This document shows positions 1 to 12,700 of a stretch of 64,000 nt of DNA, one piece after another. The notes under the pieces were generated by a model, which was not told where the DNA came from, ran no database searches, and saw only the letters and a list, made by a program, of their open reading frames with translations. How positions within the stretch are numbered: position 1 is the first letter of the stretch; each line of letters opens with the position of its first letter. Origin of the DNA: Macrostomum lignano (Eukaryota); NCBI GenBank assembly GCA_002269645.1, contig NIVC01001960.1, positions 1-64,000 of the forward strand, in the 5' to 3' direction. Position numbers and translations under genes: made by a program.

Positions 1-2
1 AC

Positions 3-209
3 GACACGGCACAGCCAGTTGTAAAGCTAATAAAAAATCTACACAGCACTCAAATGACTACTATCAGTAAGCATGACAACATTGTTAGCAGTAGTGTAGA
101 ATTAACTTTAAAAAAACTCTGGCAAAGTGCGCACATTGAAAAATTGCTAGGTAAAAACACAGTTTATGAGTTGATGGACCCGGGCAAAGCATATTATTAC
201 TATTATTAG
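3..209 (+). CDS. Possible end of an ORF entering from the left window edge (DTAQPVVKLIKNLHSTQMTTISKHDNIV...DPGKAYYYYY*)
   Basis: 68 open codons in AT-rich sequence; no recognisable motif. Confidence 0.2.
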   Translation, partial: DTAQPVVKLIKNLHSTQMTTISKHDNIVSSSVELTLKKLWQSAHIEKLLGKNTVYELMDPGKAYYYYY

Positions 210-753
210 TAAGAAAAAATAAATGGAACAGACTGGCCATCAGGAATGTGTGAACGAGTTTTAGTAGGAATATAGTAAGAAAAAAGCAGGCAAATTAGAT
301 AGCGAGACAAGTTTCAGACGGACTATATATCGGCTCAATAAAAATAATAAAATTGTGCCATAAAATGATTAAACAAAACACACGTTTATAACTTGTTGCG
401 TCACAGCCCAATGCGTCTTGTGCGCTGTTATAGAAAAAGGGAGTTGCTGGCTTGATAAATTTATATTGAAAAACATTGCACAACAAATACTAATGGTTGT
501 AAAATGGATCATTTTGATAGAAAAGTACATTCAGTACTTAGTAGAGCACTACTAAAAGTAGGTCAGTTAGCACTTTTCATTCCTGAAGGAAGTAATATAA
601 AGACTAGCGCTTGAATTTAAGGAATGATAATTAGTTTCGTTAATAATTTTCCCCCAACAGAGACCCAGTGTGCTGAACAGGAATTGAAAAACCTGTCCTA
701 TAGAGCACGAATACATCTGTGTGTACAGCCGGCGATGGAGAAGATGCGGACAG

Positions 754-3700
754 CTACAAAGTACGCAGCGGACACGTACTCATAGTAGGCGGTGGCACGT
801 AGCCCTGCTCACCAGCGGCCTCGCCGTGCAGGCGGCGAACCAGCGACCAGTCCGGGTCGCGCTGCAGGACTTCCACTTGTTCGCCAGCCGATACGGCCAG
901 GTTGTCCGACTGGCTGGTGTCCGCGAAGTCGTACAGCATCTCCGCTGTGGCCGCTGCTGGGGCTGCCGCTGCTGCGCCTTCGACAGGCGGCTGCAGAGTC
1001 TGCGGCGTCGGCTGGTGCTGAGGGGACTCGTCGGCGAACTCGTCTGCGAATGCCGTGGCCGGGCTGCGGCGACGAAGAGGGTGGGGTGTGAAAGAAGGGT
1101 TAGAAGGGGAATTCTCATAGGGAAAGAAGGGGAATTCTCATTGGGAAAGAAGGGGAATTCTCATCGGGAAAGAAGGGGAATTCTCATCGGGAGAGAAAAG
1201 GAATTCTCATAGGGAGAAAAGAGGAATTCTCATAGTGAGAGAAGAGGAATTCTCATAGTGAGAGAAGAGGAATTCTCATAGTGAGAGAAGAGGAATTCTC
1301 ATAGTGAGAGAAGAGGAATTCTCATAGGGAGAGAAGAGGAATTCTCATAGTGAGAGAAGAGGAATTCTCATAGTGAGAGAAGAGGAATTCTCATAGTGAG
1401 AGAAGAGGAATTCTCATAGTGAGAGAAGAGGAATTCTCATAGGGAGAGAAGAGGAATTCTCATAGGGAGAGAAGGGGAATCCTCATAGGGAGAGAAGAGG
1501 AATTCTCATAGTGAGAGAGAGGAATTCTCATAGTGAGAGAAGAGGAATTCTCATAGGGAGAGAAGAGGAATTCTCATAGGGAGAGAAGAGGAATCCTCAT
1601 AGGGAGAGAAGAGGAATTCTCATAGTGAGAGAAGAGGAATTCTCATAGGGAGAGAAGAGGAATTCTCATAGTGAGAGAAGAGGAATTCTCATAGGAGAGA
1701 AGAGGAATTCTCATAGGGAGAGAAGAGGAATTCTCATAGGGAGAGAAGAGGAATTCTCATAGTGAGAGACGAGGAATTCTCATAGGGAGAGAAGAGGAAT
1801 TCTCATAGGGAGAGAAGAGGAATCCTCATAGGGAGAGAAGAGGAATTCTCATAGTGAGAGAAGAGGAATTCTCATAGGGAGAGAAGAGGAATTCTCATAG
1901 TGAGAGAAGAGGAATTCTCATAGGAGAGAAGAGGAATTCTCATAGGGAGAGAAGAGGAATTCTCATAGGGAGAGAAGAGGAATTCTCATAGTGAGAGAAG
2001 AGGAATTCTCATAGGGAGAGAAGAGGAATTCTATAGTGAGAGAAGAGGAATTCTCATAGTGAGAGAAGAGGAATTCTCATAGGGAGAGAAGAGGAATCCT
2101 CATAGGGAGAGAAGAGGAATTCTCATAGGGAGAGAAGAGGAATCCTCATAGGGAGAGAAGAGGAATTCTCATAGTGAGAGAAGAGGAATTCTCATAGGGA
2201 GAGAAGAGGAATTCTCATAGTGAGAGAAGAGGAATTCTCATAGGGAGAGAAGAGGAATCCTCATAGGGAGAGAAGAGGAATTCTCATAGGGAGAGAAGAG
2301 GAATTCTCATAGGGAGAGAAGAGGAATTCTCATAGGAGAGAAGAGGAATTCTCATAGGGAGAGAAGAGGAATTCTCATAGGGAGAGAAGAAGAATTCTCA
2401 TAGGGAGAGAAGAAGAATTCTCATAGTGAGAGAAGAGGAATTCTCATAGGGAGAGAAGAGGAATTCTCATAGGGAGAGAAGAGGAATTCTCATAGGGAGA
2501 GAAGAGGAATTCTCATAGGAGAGAAGAGGAATTCTCATAGGGAGAGAAGAGGAATTCTCATAGTGAGAGAAGAGGAATTCTAATAGAGAGAGAAGAGGAA
2601 TTCTCATAGGGAGAGAAGAGGAATTCTCATAGGAGAGAAGAGGAATTCTCATAGGGAGAGAAGAGAATTCTCATAGGAGAGAGAAGAAGAATTCTCATAG
2701 TGAGAGAAGAGGAATTCTCATAGGGAGAGAAGAGGAATTCTCATAGGGAGAGAAGAGGAATTCTCATAGGGAGAGAAGAGGAATTTTCATAGGAGAGAGA
2801 AGAAGAATTCTCATAGTGAGAGAAGAGGAATTCTCATAGGGAGAGAAGAGGAATCCTCATAGGGAGAGAAGAGGAATTCTCATAGAGAGAGAGAAGAGGA
2901 ATTATCATAGGTATAGAAGGGGAATTCTCATAGGGAGAGAAGAGGAATTCTCATAGTGAGAGAAGAGGAATTCTCATAGGGAGAGAAGAGGAATTCTCAT
3001 AGGGAGAGAAGAGGAATTCTCATAGGGAGAGAAGAGGAATTCTCATAGGGAGAGAAGGGGAATTCTCATAGGGAGAGAAGGGGAATCCTCATAGGGAAAG
3101 AAGGGGAATCCTCATAGGGAGAGAAGGGGAATCCTCATAGGGAGAGAAGGGGAATCCTCATAGGGAGAGAAGGGGAATCCTCATAGGGAAAGAAGGGGAA
3201 TCCTCATAGGGAGAGAAGGGGAATCCTCATAGGGAGAGAAGGGGAATCCTCATAGGGAAAGAAGGGGAATTCTCATAGAGAGAGAAGAGGAATTCTCAAA
3301 GGGAGAGAAGAGGAATCCTCATAGGGAGAGAAGAGGAATTCTCATAGGAGAGAAGAGGAATTCTCATAGGGAGAGAAGAGGAATTCTCATAGGGAGAGAA
3401 GAGGAATTCTCATAGGAGAGAAGAGGAATTCTCATAGGGAGAGAAGAAGAATTCTCATAGGGAGAGAAGAGGAATTCTCATAGGGAGAGAAGAGGAATTC
3501 TCATAGTGAGAGAAGAGGAATTCTCATAGGGAGAGAAGAGGAATCCTCATAGGGAGAGAAGAGGAATTCTCATAGTGAGAGAAGAGGAATTCTCATAGGG
3601 AGAGAAGAGGAATTCTCATAGGGAGAGAAGAGGAATTCTCATAGGGAGAGAAGAGGAATTCTCATAGTGAGAGAAGAGGAATTCTCATAGGGAGAGAAGA

Positions 3701-6700
3701 GGAATTCTCATAGGAGAGAAGAGGAATTCTCATAGGGAGAGAAGAAGAATTCTCATAGGGAGAGAAGAGGAATTCTCATAGGGAGAGAAGAGGAATTCTC
3801 ATAGGGAGAGAAGAGGAATTTTCATAGGGAGAGAAGAGGAATTCTCATAGGGAGAGAAGAGGAATCCTCATAGGGAGAGAAGAGGAATTCTCATAGGGAG
3901 AGACGAGGAATTCTCATAAGGAGAGAAGAGGAATTCTCATAGAGAGAGAAGAGGAATTATCATAGGTATAGAAGGGGAATTCTCATAGGGAGAGAAGAGG
4001 AATTCTCATAGGGAGAGAAGAGGAATTCTCATAGGGAGAGAAGAGGAATTCTCATAGGGAGAGAAGGGGAATTCTCATAGGGAGAGAAGGGGAATCCTCA
4101 TAGGGAAAGAAGGGGAATCCTCATAGGGAGAGAAGGGGAATCCTCATAGGGAGAGAAGGGGAATCCTCATAGGGAAAGAAGGGGAATCCTCATAGGGAGA
4201 GAAGGGGAATCCTCATAGGGAGAGAAGGGGAATCCTCATAGGGAGAGAAGGGGAATCCTCATAGGGAGAGAAGGCGAATCCTCATAGGGAGAGAAGAGGA
4301 ATTCTCATAGAGAGAGAGAAGAGGAATTATCATAGGTATAGAAGGGGAATTCTCATAGGGAGAGAAGAGGAATTCTCATAGTGAGAGAAGAGGAATTCTC
4401 ATAGGGAGAGAAGAGGAATTCTCATAGGGAGAGAAGAGGAATTCTCATAGGGAGAGAAGAAGAATTCTCATAGGGAGAGAAGAGGAATCCTCATAGGGAG
4501 AGAAGGGGAATCCTCATAGGGAGAGAAGAGGAATTCTCATAGAGAGAGAGAAGAGGAATTATCATAGGTATAGAAGGGGAATTCTCATAGGGAGAGAAGA
4601 GGAATTCTCATAGTGAGAGAAGAGGAATTCTCATAGGGAGAGAAGAGGAATTCTCATAGGGAGAGAAGAGGAATTCTCATAGGGAGAGAAGAAGAATTCT
4701 CATAGGGAGAGAAGAGGAATCCTCATAGGGAGAGAAGAGGAATCCTCATAGGGAGAGAAGAGGAATTCTCATAGGAGAGAAGAAGAATTCTCATAGGGAG
4801 AGAAGAGGAATTCTCATAGGGAGAGAAGAGGAATCCTCATAGGGAGAGAAGAGGAATTCTCATAGTGAGAGAAGAGGAATTCTCATAGGGAGAGAAGAGG
4901 AATTCTCATAGGAGAGAAGAGGAATTCTCATAGGAGAGAAGAAGAATTCTCATAGGGAGAGAAGAGGAATTCTCATAGGGAGAGAAGAGGAATCCTCATA
5001 GGGAGAGAAGAGGAATTCTCATAGTGAGAGAAGAGGAATTCTCATAGGGAGAGAAGAGGAATTCTCATAGGGAGAGAAGAGGAATTCTCATAGGGAGAGA
5101 AGAGGAATTCTCATAGTGAGAGAAGAGGAATTCTCATAGGGAGAGAAGAGGAATTCTCATAGGAGAGAAGAGGAATTCTCATAGGGAGAGACGAGGAATT
5201 CTCATAGGGAGAGAAGAGGAATTCTCATAGGGAGAGAAGAGGAATTCTCATAGGGAGAGAAGAGGAATTTTCATAGGGAGAGAAGAGGAATTCTCATAGG
5301 GAGAGAAGAGGAATCCTCATAGGGAGAGACGAGGAATTCTCATAGGGAGAGAAGAGGAATTCTCATAGGGAGAGAAGAGGAATCCTCATAGGGAGAGAAG
5401 AGGAATTCTCATAGGGAGAGACGAGGAATTCTCATAGGTATAGAAGGGGAATTCTCATAGGGAGAGAAGAGGAATTCTCATAGGGAGAGAAGAGGAATTC
5501 TAATAGAGAGAGAAGAGGAATTCTCATAGGGAGAGAAGAGGAATTCTCATAGGGAAAGAAGGGGAATCCTCATAGGGAGAGAAGAGGAATCCTCATAGGG
5601 AGAGAAGAGGAATTCTCATAGGGAGAGAAGAGGAATTCTCATAGGGATAGAAGGGGAATTCTCAGGGAGAGAAATGAAGACATGATAATGACACAGGGGA
5701 TTCCTGTTGAAGATATTAAGGCGATCCCTAGTAAGTGACACGCAGAACACGCATTTCGGCGGCGGTCACAAAGTGCACAAAAACGCACCTAGCTGCACCT
5801 CCATCTGTTGCACTGACGCTCATGACACCGGCGCCGGTTCTGCCGCCAAATCCCTTGCCTTCCAGGTCCTTCTGTTAAATTAAACAGGAGCGCAGACAGT
5901 GATCAATCGGCCTGGCGCTAATGTACAAAAATATAGAAATAAAAAAGACAGGAAACTGGTCACCAACCAGTGAGCAGGCGGCACTGCTGGCGCTCGTGCT
6001 GGGGCTGAAGTGCCGCGTCACCAGGTCGAGCCGGAAGCGGCGCTTTTTGTCGCCGCCGCTGGCCAGAGAGGAGATGGAGCGGGACTTCCGCATGGGCTTG
6101 ACGGGCTGGCCAACTGATGCGGCCTGAGGGTCCGCGCCGCCGCCTCCGTTGCAGCTGGTCAGGTCCTGCGGCACGGTGGGGTCTCAGCTATTTATCCAGT
6201 GCTAACAGCCAGTCTGAGCTATTTATCCAGGGCTAACAGCCAGTCTCAGCTATTTATCCAGGGCTAACAGCCAGTCTGAGCTATTTATCCAGGGCTAACA
6301 GCCAGTCTGAGCTATTTATCCAGTGCTAACAGCCAGTCTGAGATATTTATCCAGTGCTAACAGCCAGTCTGAGCTATTTATGCAGGGCTAACAGCCAGTC
6401 TGAGATATTTATCCAGGGCTAACAGCCAGTCTGAGATATTTACCCAGTGCTAACAGCCAGTCTGAGCTATTTATGCAGGGCTAACAGCCAGTCTGAGCTA
6501 TTTATCCAGGGCTAACAGCCAGTCTGAGCTATTTATCCAGGGCTAACAGCCAGTCTGAGCTATTTATTCAGGGCTAACAGCCAGTCTGAGCTATTTATCC
6601 AGTGCTAACAGCCAGTCTGAGCTATTTATCCAGTGCTAACAGCCAGTCTGAGCTATTTATCCAGTGCTAACAGCCAGTCTGAGCTATTTATCCAGGGCTA

Positions 6701-9700
6701 ACAGCCAGTCTGAGCTATTTATCCAGTGCTAACAGCCAGTCTGAGCTATTTATCCAGTGCTAACAGCCAGTCTGAGATATTTATCCAGTGCTAACAGCCA
6801 GTCTGAGCTATTTATGCAGGGCTAACAGCCAGTCTGAGATATTTATCCAGGGCTAACAGCCAGTCTGAGATATTTATCCAGGGCTAACAGCCAGTCTGAG
6901 ATATTTATCCAGGGCTAACAGCCAGTCTGAGATATTTATCCAGGGCTAACAGCCAGTCTGAGATATTTATCCAGGGCTAACAGCCAGTCTCAGCTATTTA
7001 TCCAGGGCTAACAGCCAGTCTGAGCTATTTATCCAGGGCTAACAGCCAGTCTGAGATCTTTATCCAGTGCTAACAGCCAGTCTGAGCTATTTATCCAGGG
7101 CTAACAGCCAGTCTGAGCTATTTATCCAGTGCTAACAGCCAGTCTGAGCTATTTATCCAGTGCTAACAGCCAGTCTGAGATATTTATCCAGTGCTAACAG
7201 CCAGTCTGAGCTATTTATGCAGGGCTAACAGCCAGTCTGAGATATTTATCCAGGGCTAACAGCCAGTCTGAGATATTTATCCAGTGCTAACAGCCAGTCT
7301 GAGATATTTATCCAGGGCTAACAGCCAGTCTGAGATATTTATCCAGGGCTAACAGCCAGTCTGAGATATTTATCCAGGGCTAACAGCCAGTCTGAGCTAT
7401 TTATCCAGGGCTAACAGCCAGTCTGAGCTATTTATCCAGGGCTAACAGCCAGTCTGAGATCTTTATCCACACACCAGTATCTCAGCGCACTCGTCCCTCA
7501 GCCGGGTCGCCTTGTCCACCAGCTGCTGCAGCATGGCGTCCACCTGAGCCAAGGAGGTCTGGTCGGCAGTCTCAGGATGGTGCTGATAGGTCTGACGCAG
7601 CTTCTTCAGGCCCTCACTGTGGGAGATTAATTCATTAAACCACATGAAGACAGTTTGTGTTCGTCCGCCGGAGAATTCATTGAAACAAGACACTCACATC
7701 TCTTTCATAGCCTTCTGCAGGTCCGCCTCCTTGTCCTTGAGCTGTTCCTCGAGCTTGCGCTTCTGCTGTGCTGGCCCGAGCTGGAGAAGAAACACAGATA
7801 AGAAATGAAGCCAATTAACAGTAGAGCTACTGGGGGGGGGGCGTTGGGGTGATGACGGAATGCCTGAGAGACCAGCTGAGGATGTCCAGCAGTTGAGGCT
7901 TGATCAGCGAAACTAGAGAAATTCGAATCAGAGTGTCAATAGTCTCCTGGTGCCACCTGTTGAAGGTTCAGAAGCTCCGCCTGGGTGAAGGCCAGTGACC
8001 AACGAAGTCAGAGCTGATGCAGACACATGTGGTCGACGTGCTGATGAAATTTGGAGACTTGGCAAGGCCGCACTGAGGCGCAGTGCTGATTGGCGCACAG
8101 GGGTTGTACTGAATACACTGGCGCTTATGGGAAAAATCCGACCTTCTGGCAGAATCGTCGAATATCTCGACGGTTCGGAGGGCTGGCGACTTGATTCTTG
8201 TTTGAGGCGAGCAAAAAAGGCGATACAAAAAACCTTTGATACTACTACCGAAAGGAATAATCGGTAAGTAGTATGCTACTCAGAACATTAATATGAAATA
8301 AAAATTTTAACCCACCGCTTTGCTTGACCGCAGCGTGCTGAACAGCCTGGCTGCCCTGTGACTCCGCGGCGGAGTGGCGTGCTGCAGCGACACCGAGTCC
8401 CCGTCCGCCGACAATGCGGAAGCCGCCGGCGAGCCGTCGGCAGCCGAGGCTGACAGATCCTCAAACGGAGCGTCGCCTGGCAGCGGATTCCCCGACGCTG
8501 TAACACGAAGAAATTCAGCAACGTCGCCATCGGCTGACACGGTCAGCGCCCGCTGCTGCAGACTCTTGGCGCAGCTCGCCTGCACGGCCAGCCGGTCCAG
8601 CTGCGCCTGCGCCCAGGCGCCGAACTCGCGGCTGCAGGCGTCGCAGAAACTGCGGTGAAGCTGCTCGAGGCCGGACAGCTGCTCAGGCAGGCCTCGCTGG
8701 ATGAAGTCCGCCTTAAAGCGTGTGGAGAGACGGGGGTTCGAGTCCGCTCACTATTCACCTCCATTCTGTTGATCTGGTTCTATTAAACAAGCCGGGCAGA
8801 CTGGCCGGTCATCGCCCCCCCCCAGCCGGGCAGACTGGCCGGTCATCGCCCCCCCAGCCGGGCAGAATGGCCGGTAATCGCCCCCTCCCCCAACCCCCCC
8901 AACCAGGTAGACTGGCCGGTCCCCCCCCCAACCAGGTAGACTGGCCGGTCCCCCCCCAACCAGGTAGACTGGCCGGTCCTTCCCCCCAACCAGGTAGACT
9001 GGCCGGTCCCCCCCCAGGTAGACTGGCCGGTCATCCCCCCCCCCCCCGGGCCTCACCTGCACAGTATTGAACTCGGTGATTTCCTTGGCGTAGCCGTTGC
9101 GCCGGTCCTCGCACAGGTCAGCCTTGGCCCGGTAGGCCAGCTGCAGGCGCTCCTCCTCAGCGCGGGTCACATCGCGGCTCTCCTTGGCGGCAGCGTATTC
9201 TTCCCAGGCCCGACGCATGTCGCTGTGCGCCTTGTGGTACTGAGCTCGCGCCTGCTCCAGCTGGGCCCGGCTCCGTTCGACATCCTTAGAGCTGGCGGCT
9301 AAGCGCCGTTCTACCAGCTGCTCCTGTTTGTTCATTTCGCGAAGCCAGTCGCGCAGTTCGCGAGACGAGCGCAGCAGATCGTCGCGCAGATTCTCGTGCT
9401 GATTGGCTAAAGCGGTGAGCTCGCTAAGCGAGTCTTCGAATGCCGTTTGCGCGGTGAATCTGCGTGACGCGGGCGAAGTATTTGCCTGCCTTGCATCGCT
9501 TCAGACAATGGGGCTGTTTGACGCGATTTTCGGGCTGTCCAGGGCGATTCTTGAGCAGGAAGGGCTGTCCAGGGCGATTCTTGAGCAGGAAGGGCTGTCC
9601 AGGGCGATTCTTGAGGGGCAGGGGCAGTCCAGGGCGATTCTTGAGGGGGAAGGGCAGTCCAGGGCGATTCTTGAGGGGGAAGGGCAGTCCAGGGCGATTC

Positions 9701-12700
9701 TTGAGGGGAAGGGCAGTCCAGGGCGATTCTTGAGGGGGAAGGGCAGTCCAGGGCGATTCTTGAGGGGGAAGGGCAGTCCAGGGCGATTCTTGAGGGGGAA
9801 GGGCAGTCCAGGGCGATTCTTGAGGGGGAAGGGCAGTCCAGGGCGATTCTTGAGGGGGAAGGGCTGTGCAGGGCGATTCTTGAGGGGGAAGGGCAGTCCA
9901 GGGCGATTCTTGAGGGGAAGGGCAGTCCAGGGCGATTCTTGAGGGGAAGGGCAGTCCAGGGCGATTCTTGAGGGGGAAGGGCAGTCCAGGGCGATTCTTG
10001 AGGGGGAAGGGCTGTTCAGGTCGATTTTTTAGGGAAGGGGCTGTCCTGGGCGGTTTTAAATAGGGACAGTCATACAAGAGACTGTTTGCATTAGGACAAA
10101 AAACATAATATATAGATACACAAAAATATATGCAAATCTTAAAAAAGCAATAAATCCGCATACAATCGCAACATGCTGTATGCTAAATCTGCCAGCTGTT
10201 CTAACTCATCAGGAAGTTCTCTGCATAAAGTGTGAATTTGAATTCAGTTCAAGTCGCGTGGGATCGCAGACCGAGTAAGCTTTAAATATTTAGTTAGCAT
10301 CTGTACGGCACATAAGCCAATACTTCTGGCACATTAAAGATGGCCACTTCCTGTGTACACGAGGCTGAATGCAAATTAGGGTCTCTCACCATGGTATCTT
10401 TCTATCTGAGCCTTGCGCCCGAAACAAGTAGATCAGTATCTATACTATAGTTATGCAATGAGATACAAATCCAAAATGGTCATCGCCTGTACTACAGACT
10501 TAGACTCAGTTTCTGAGCACGACAAAAGTCAAACTAAAATAACATTGCAATCAATTTAAAAATACTTAAAAAGCAAATTATGCCAAGACCATCATAATTG
10601 ATATTAAGGCACTCACTTGAACTTCTCCCTCTTGTCGAAGTCTTTAGGCTTGAACTCCTTGCATAGCTTTCTGTGGTAATGAAAAGGTATTTTAATAAAC
10701 ATTACTAACAGGCCCTTGCACTGTAATTAGGTGCTAATTATTATAGACTCACTTAATTTCCTTTGCATATTTCTCTTCAATTTTGCAGCGCCTCTCAAGA
10801 AAGTCAGAGCAATGCTTCAAAAAGTCAATGTTGTACTTAGTGAAGTTGTATAACTGTGGATTGTATGTGTCCTAAAACAATGAAAAAGGTCAATAAACTT
10901 AGTTGTTGTCATCATTTTTAGTCAAAATGTAAAAATCTCAAAAAAGAAATCACATAGCAAATCCTTTTTATTCAATTAAATACTCAAGACATTTTTTCTT
11001 TCTACATTGTCAAGCCATAGCAATGTCTGCTTTTTATATCTTACTTTCTAAGTGGAATTTGATACAAAACAGTTCTAAGAAAAATATATTTAAAAAAAAC
11101 AATTTATAAAAATAAAAAGATGAGCTAAGTGTTATAAAGATGTTTTAAAGATTAGATAATAAGTAATAATTTTAGGTTTTATATATGTTGGTTTTTAATT
11201 CAAGCTTTTTATAAATAGTATAGGCTAGAATCCATAGTGTGGAAGGATGTTCATGTATGACCGAATGTAAATTAAAATTTTGGCTTGTTGTATGACAGTA
11301 CTGTTGTGTATTGCAAAGGCATGCAATGCGTAGGGATAGTTCGGGGACAGGGTTTCTAGAAACTTCCACAGCAGGACTTGTTTACGCATTGTTCCAGAAG
11401 TTTCCTCCCCCGGTCTTTCTAGAAATTTCCTTCCCCGCATGCATAAATATACGAGCCGCCCTCCTATTGGCCAGCCCCTCTTTGGTGCCACTGAGCACCC
11501 GGATAATTATCTATCTTGTTTTTGCGTTCGTTAATTCAACAACAGAACAAGTACAACAGGGGTTGAAAAATGGTACTACTGGTGTACAATGGGGTACAAA
11601 AAGAATAAATGCAAACATAAATATAAATATATTCTGATTTTCTAGAAAGTGCAAAGTAAAACAACAATTATGTTGTTATTTACTGACTGCACACAATGCA
11701 CATCAGTTAGAAAAACAAAACAAATATAAAAGTTTTCTTATACATGAATTTTGTTTTTGATTTTTCTTTCATTGGCAACAGTGCCAAGGTGAATGAGTTT
11801 TAAATATGGAAATGACTTACAAACTACGGTTAACAAAAAAAAATACTTTGTGACGTATGACTTGTGTATGACTATACAATAGTGTATGATATAGCACTCC
11901 CAAAAAAGAGTGATGTACGATATGTATGACAGGTGATCCTTGTGTACAACAGAAATTTCCATCATATACCCGTCCTTCCGCACTATGGGCTAGAATCAAT
12001 CAACCTAATATTGAATATGTTTTCATGCCTCTATTCCCCATGCACCAATTGTTTTGCTTTAAGCTAAATATAGTTATGTTGATGTGATATAAAATATAGC
12101 TTAAATTTGAAATTAGCATTATCAAAAAACCTTAAAATACAAAATTATGATCCTACCAAAAATTTAACTATTTTACCAGCCTAAACTTGAAGAATTCGGG
12201 TCTATGAAATCTGCTTGCAGGAAATCTGCTAGAGGAAGTTTGCTAGCAAGAAATTTGCTTGCCAAAATCTGCTAGCCAAAGTTTGCTAGCCGAAATCTGC
12301 TAGCCAAAATTTGCTAGCTGAAACCTGATAGCCAAGGTTTGCTAGCCGAAGTTTGCTAGCCAAAATTTGCTAGCTGAAATCTGCTAGCAGGAATTTGCTG
12401 ACCAAACTTCTTGCAACTGGTATCAAAAGATTGCTTGTTTTCTGGCAATAGCAATGCATTGTTTTAGCTAAAAAAGTGGGTAAAAATCCCAAATATTTTA
12501 TAACTTTACAAGTGCTTGGAAAGTCAGTTTGTCATTGTGGGGGACAGAATACTCTCAAGTTGCAATCAGATAGCTCATAGTAGGACAGTAGTTGAATTCA
12601 TTACTGAACTATCATGGCAAAATGTTAGCAAAGAAGGCTATAAATATTTATTCTAAAAACACTGTACATTTGCTATGTACATTGAGCCCTATCACTTGAT

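Noticed and set aside
661-785. Plus-strand acceptor (TTTTCCCCCAACAG) followed by 41 open codons overlapping the CIP4-like 3' end
   Set aside because: Short, no recognisable motif, and no phase-compatible upstream exon could be established.
1101-5668. Regular repeat arrays superficially resembling CRISPR
   Set aside because: Units are directly adjacent with no unique spacers, there are no cas genes, and the context is eukaryotic introns.
7955-8235. Ser/Pro-rich open frame on the minus strand within CIP4-like intron 5 (possible cassette exon)
   Set aside because: The best splice sites are phase 1-1 whereas the host intron is phase 0; donor GTGGCA is weak; an open frame this long is plausible by chance.
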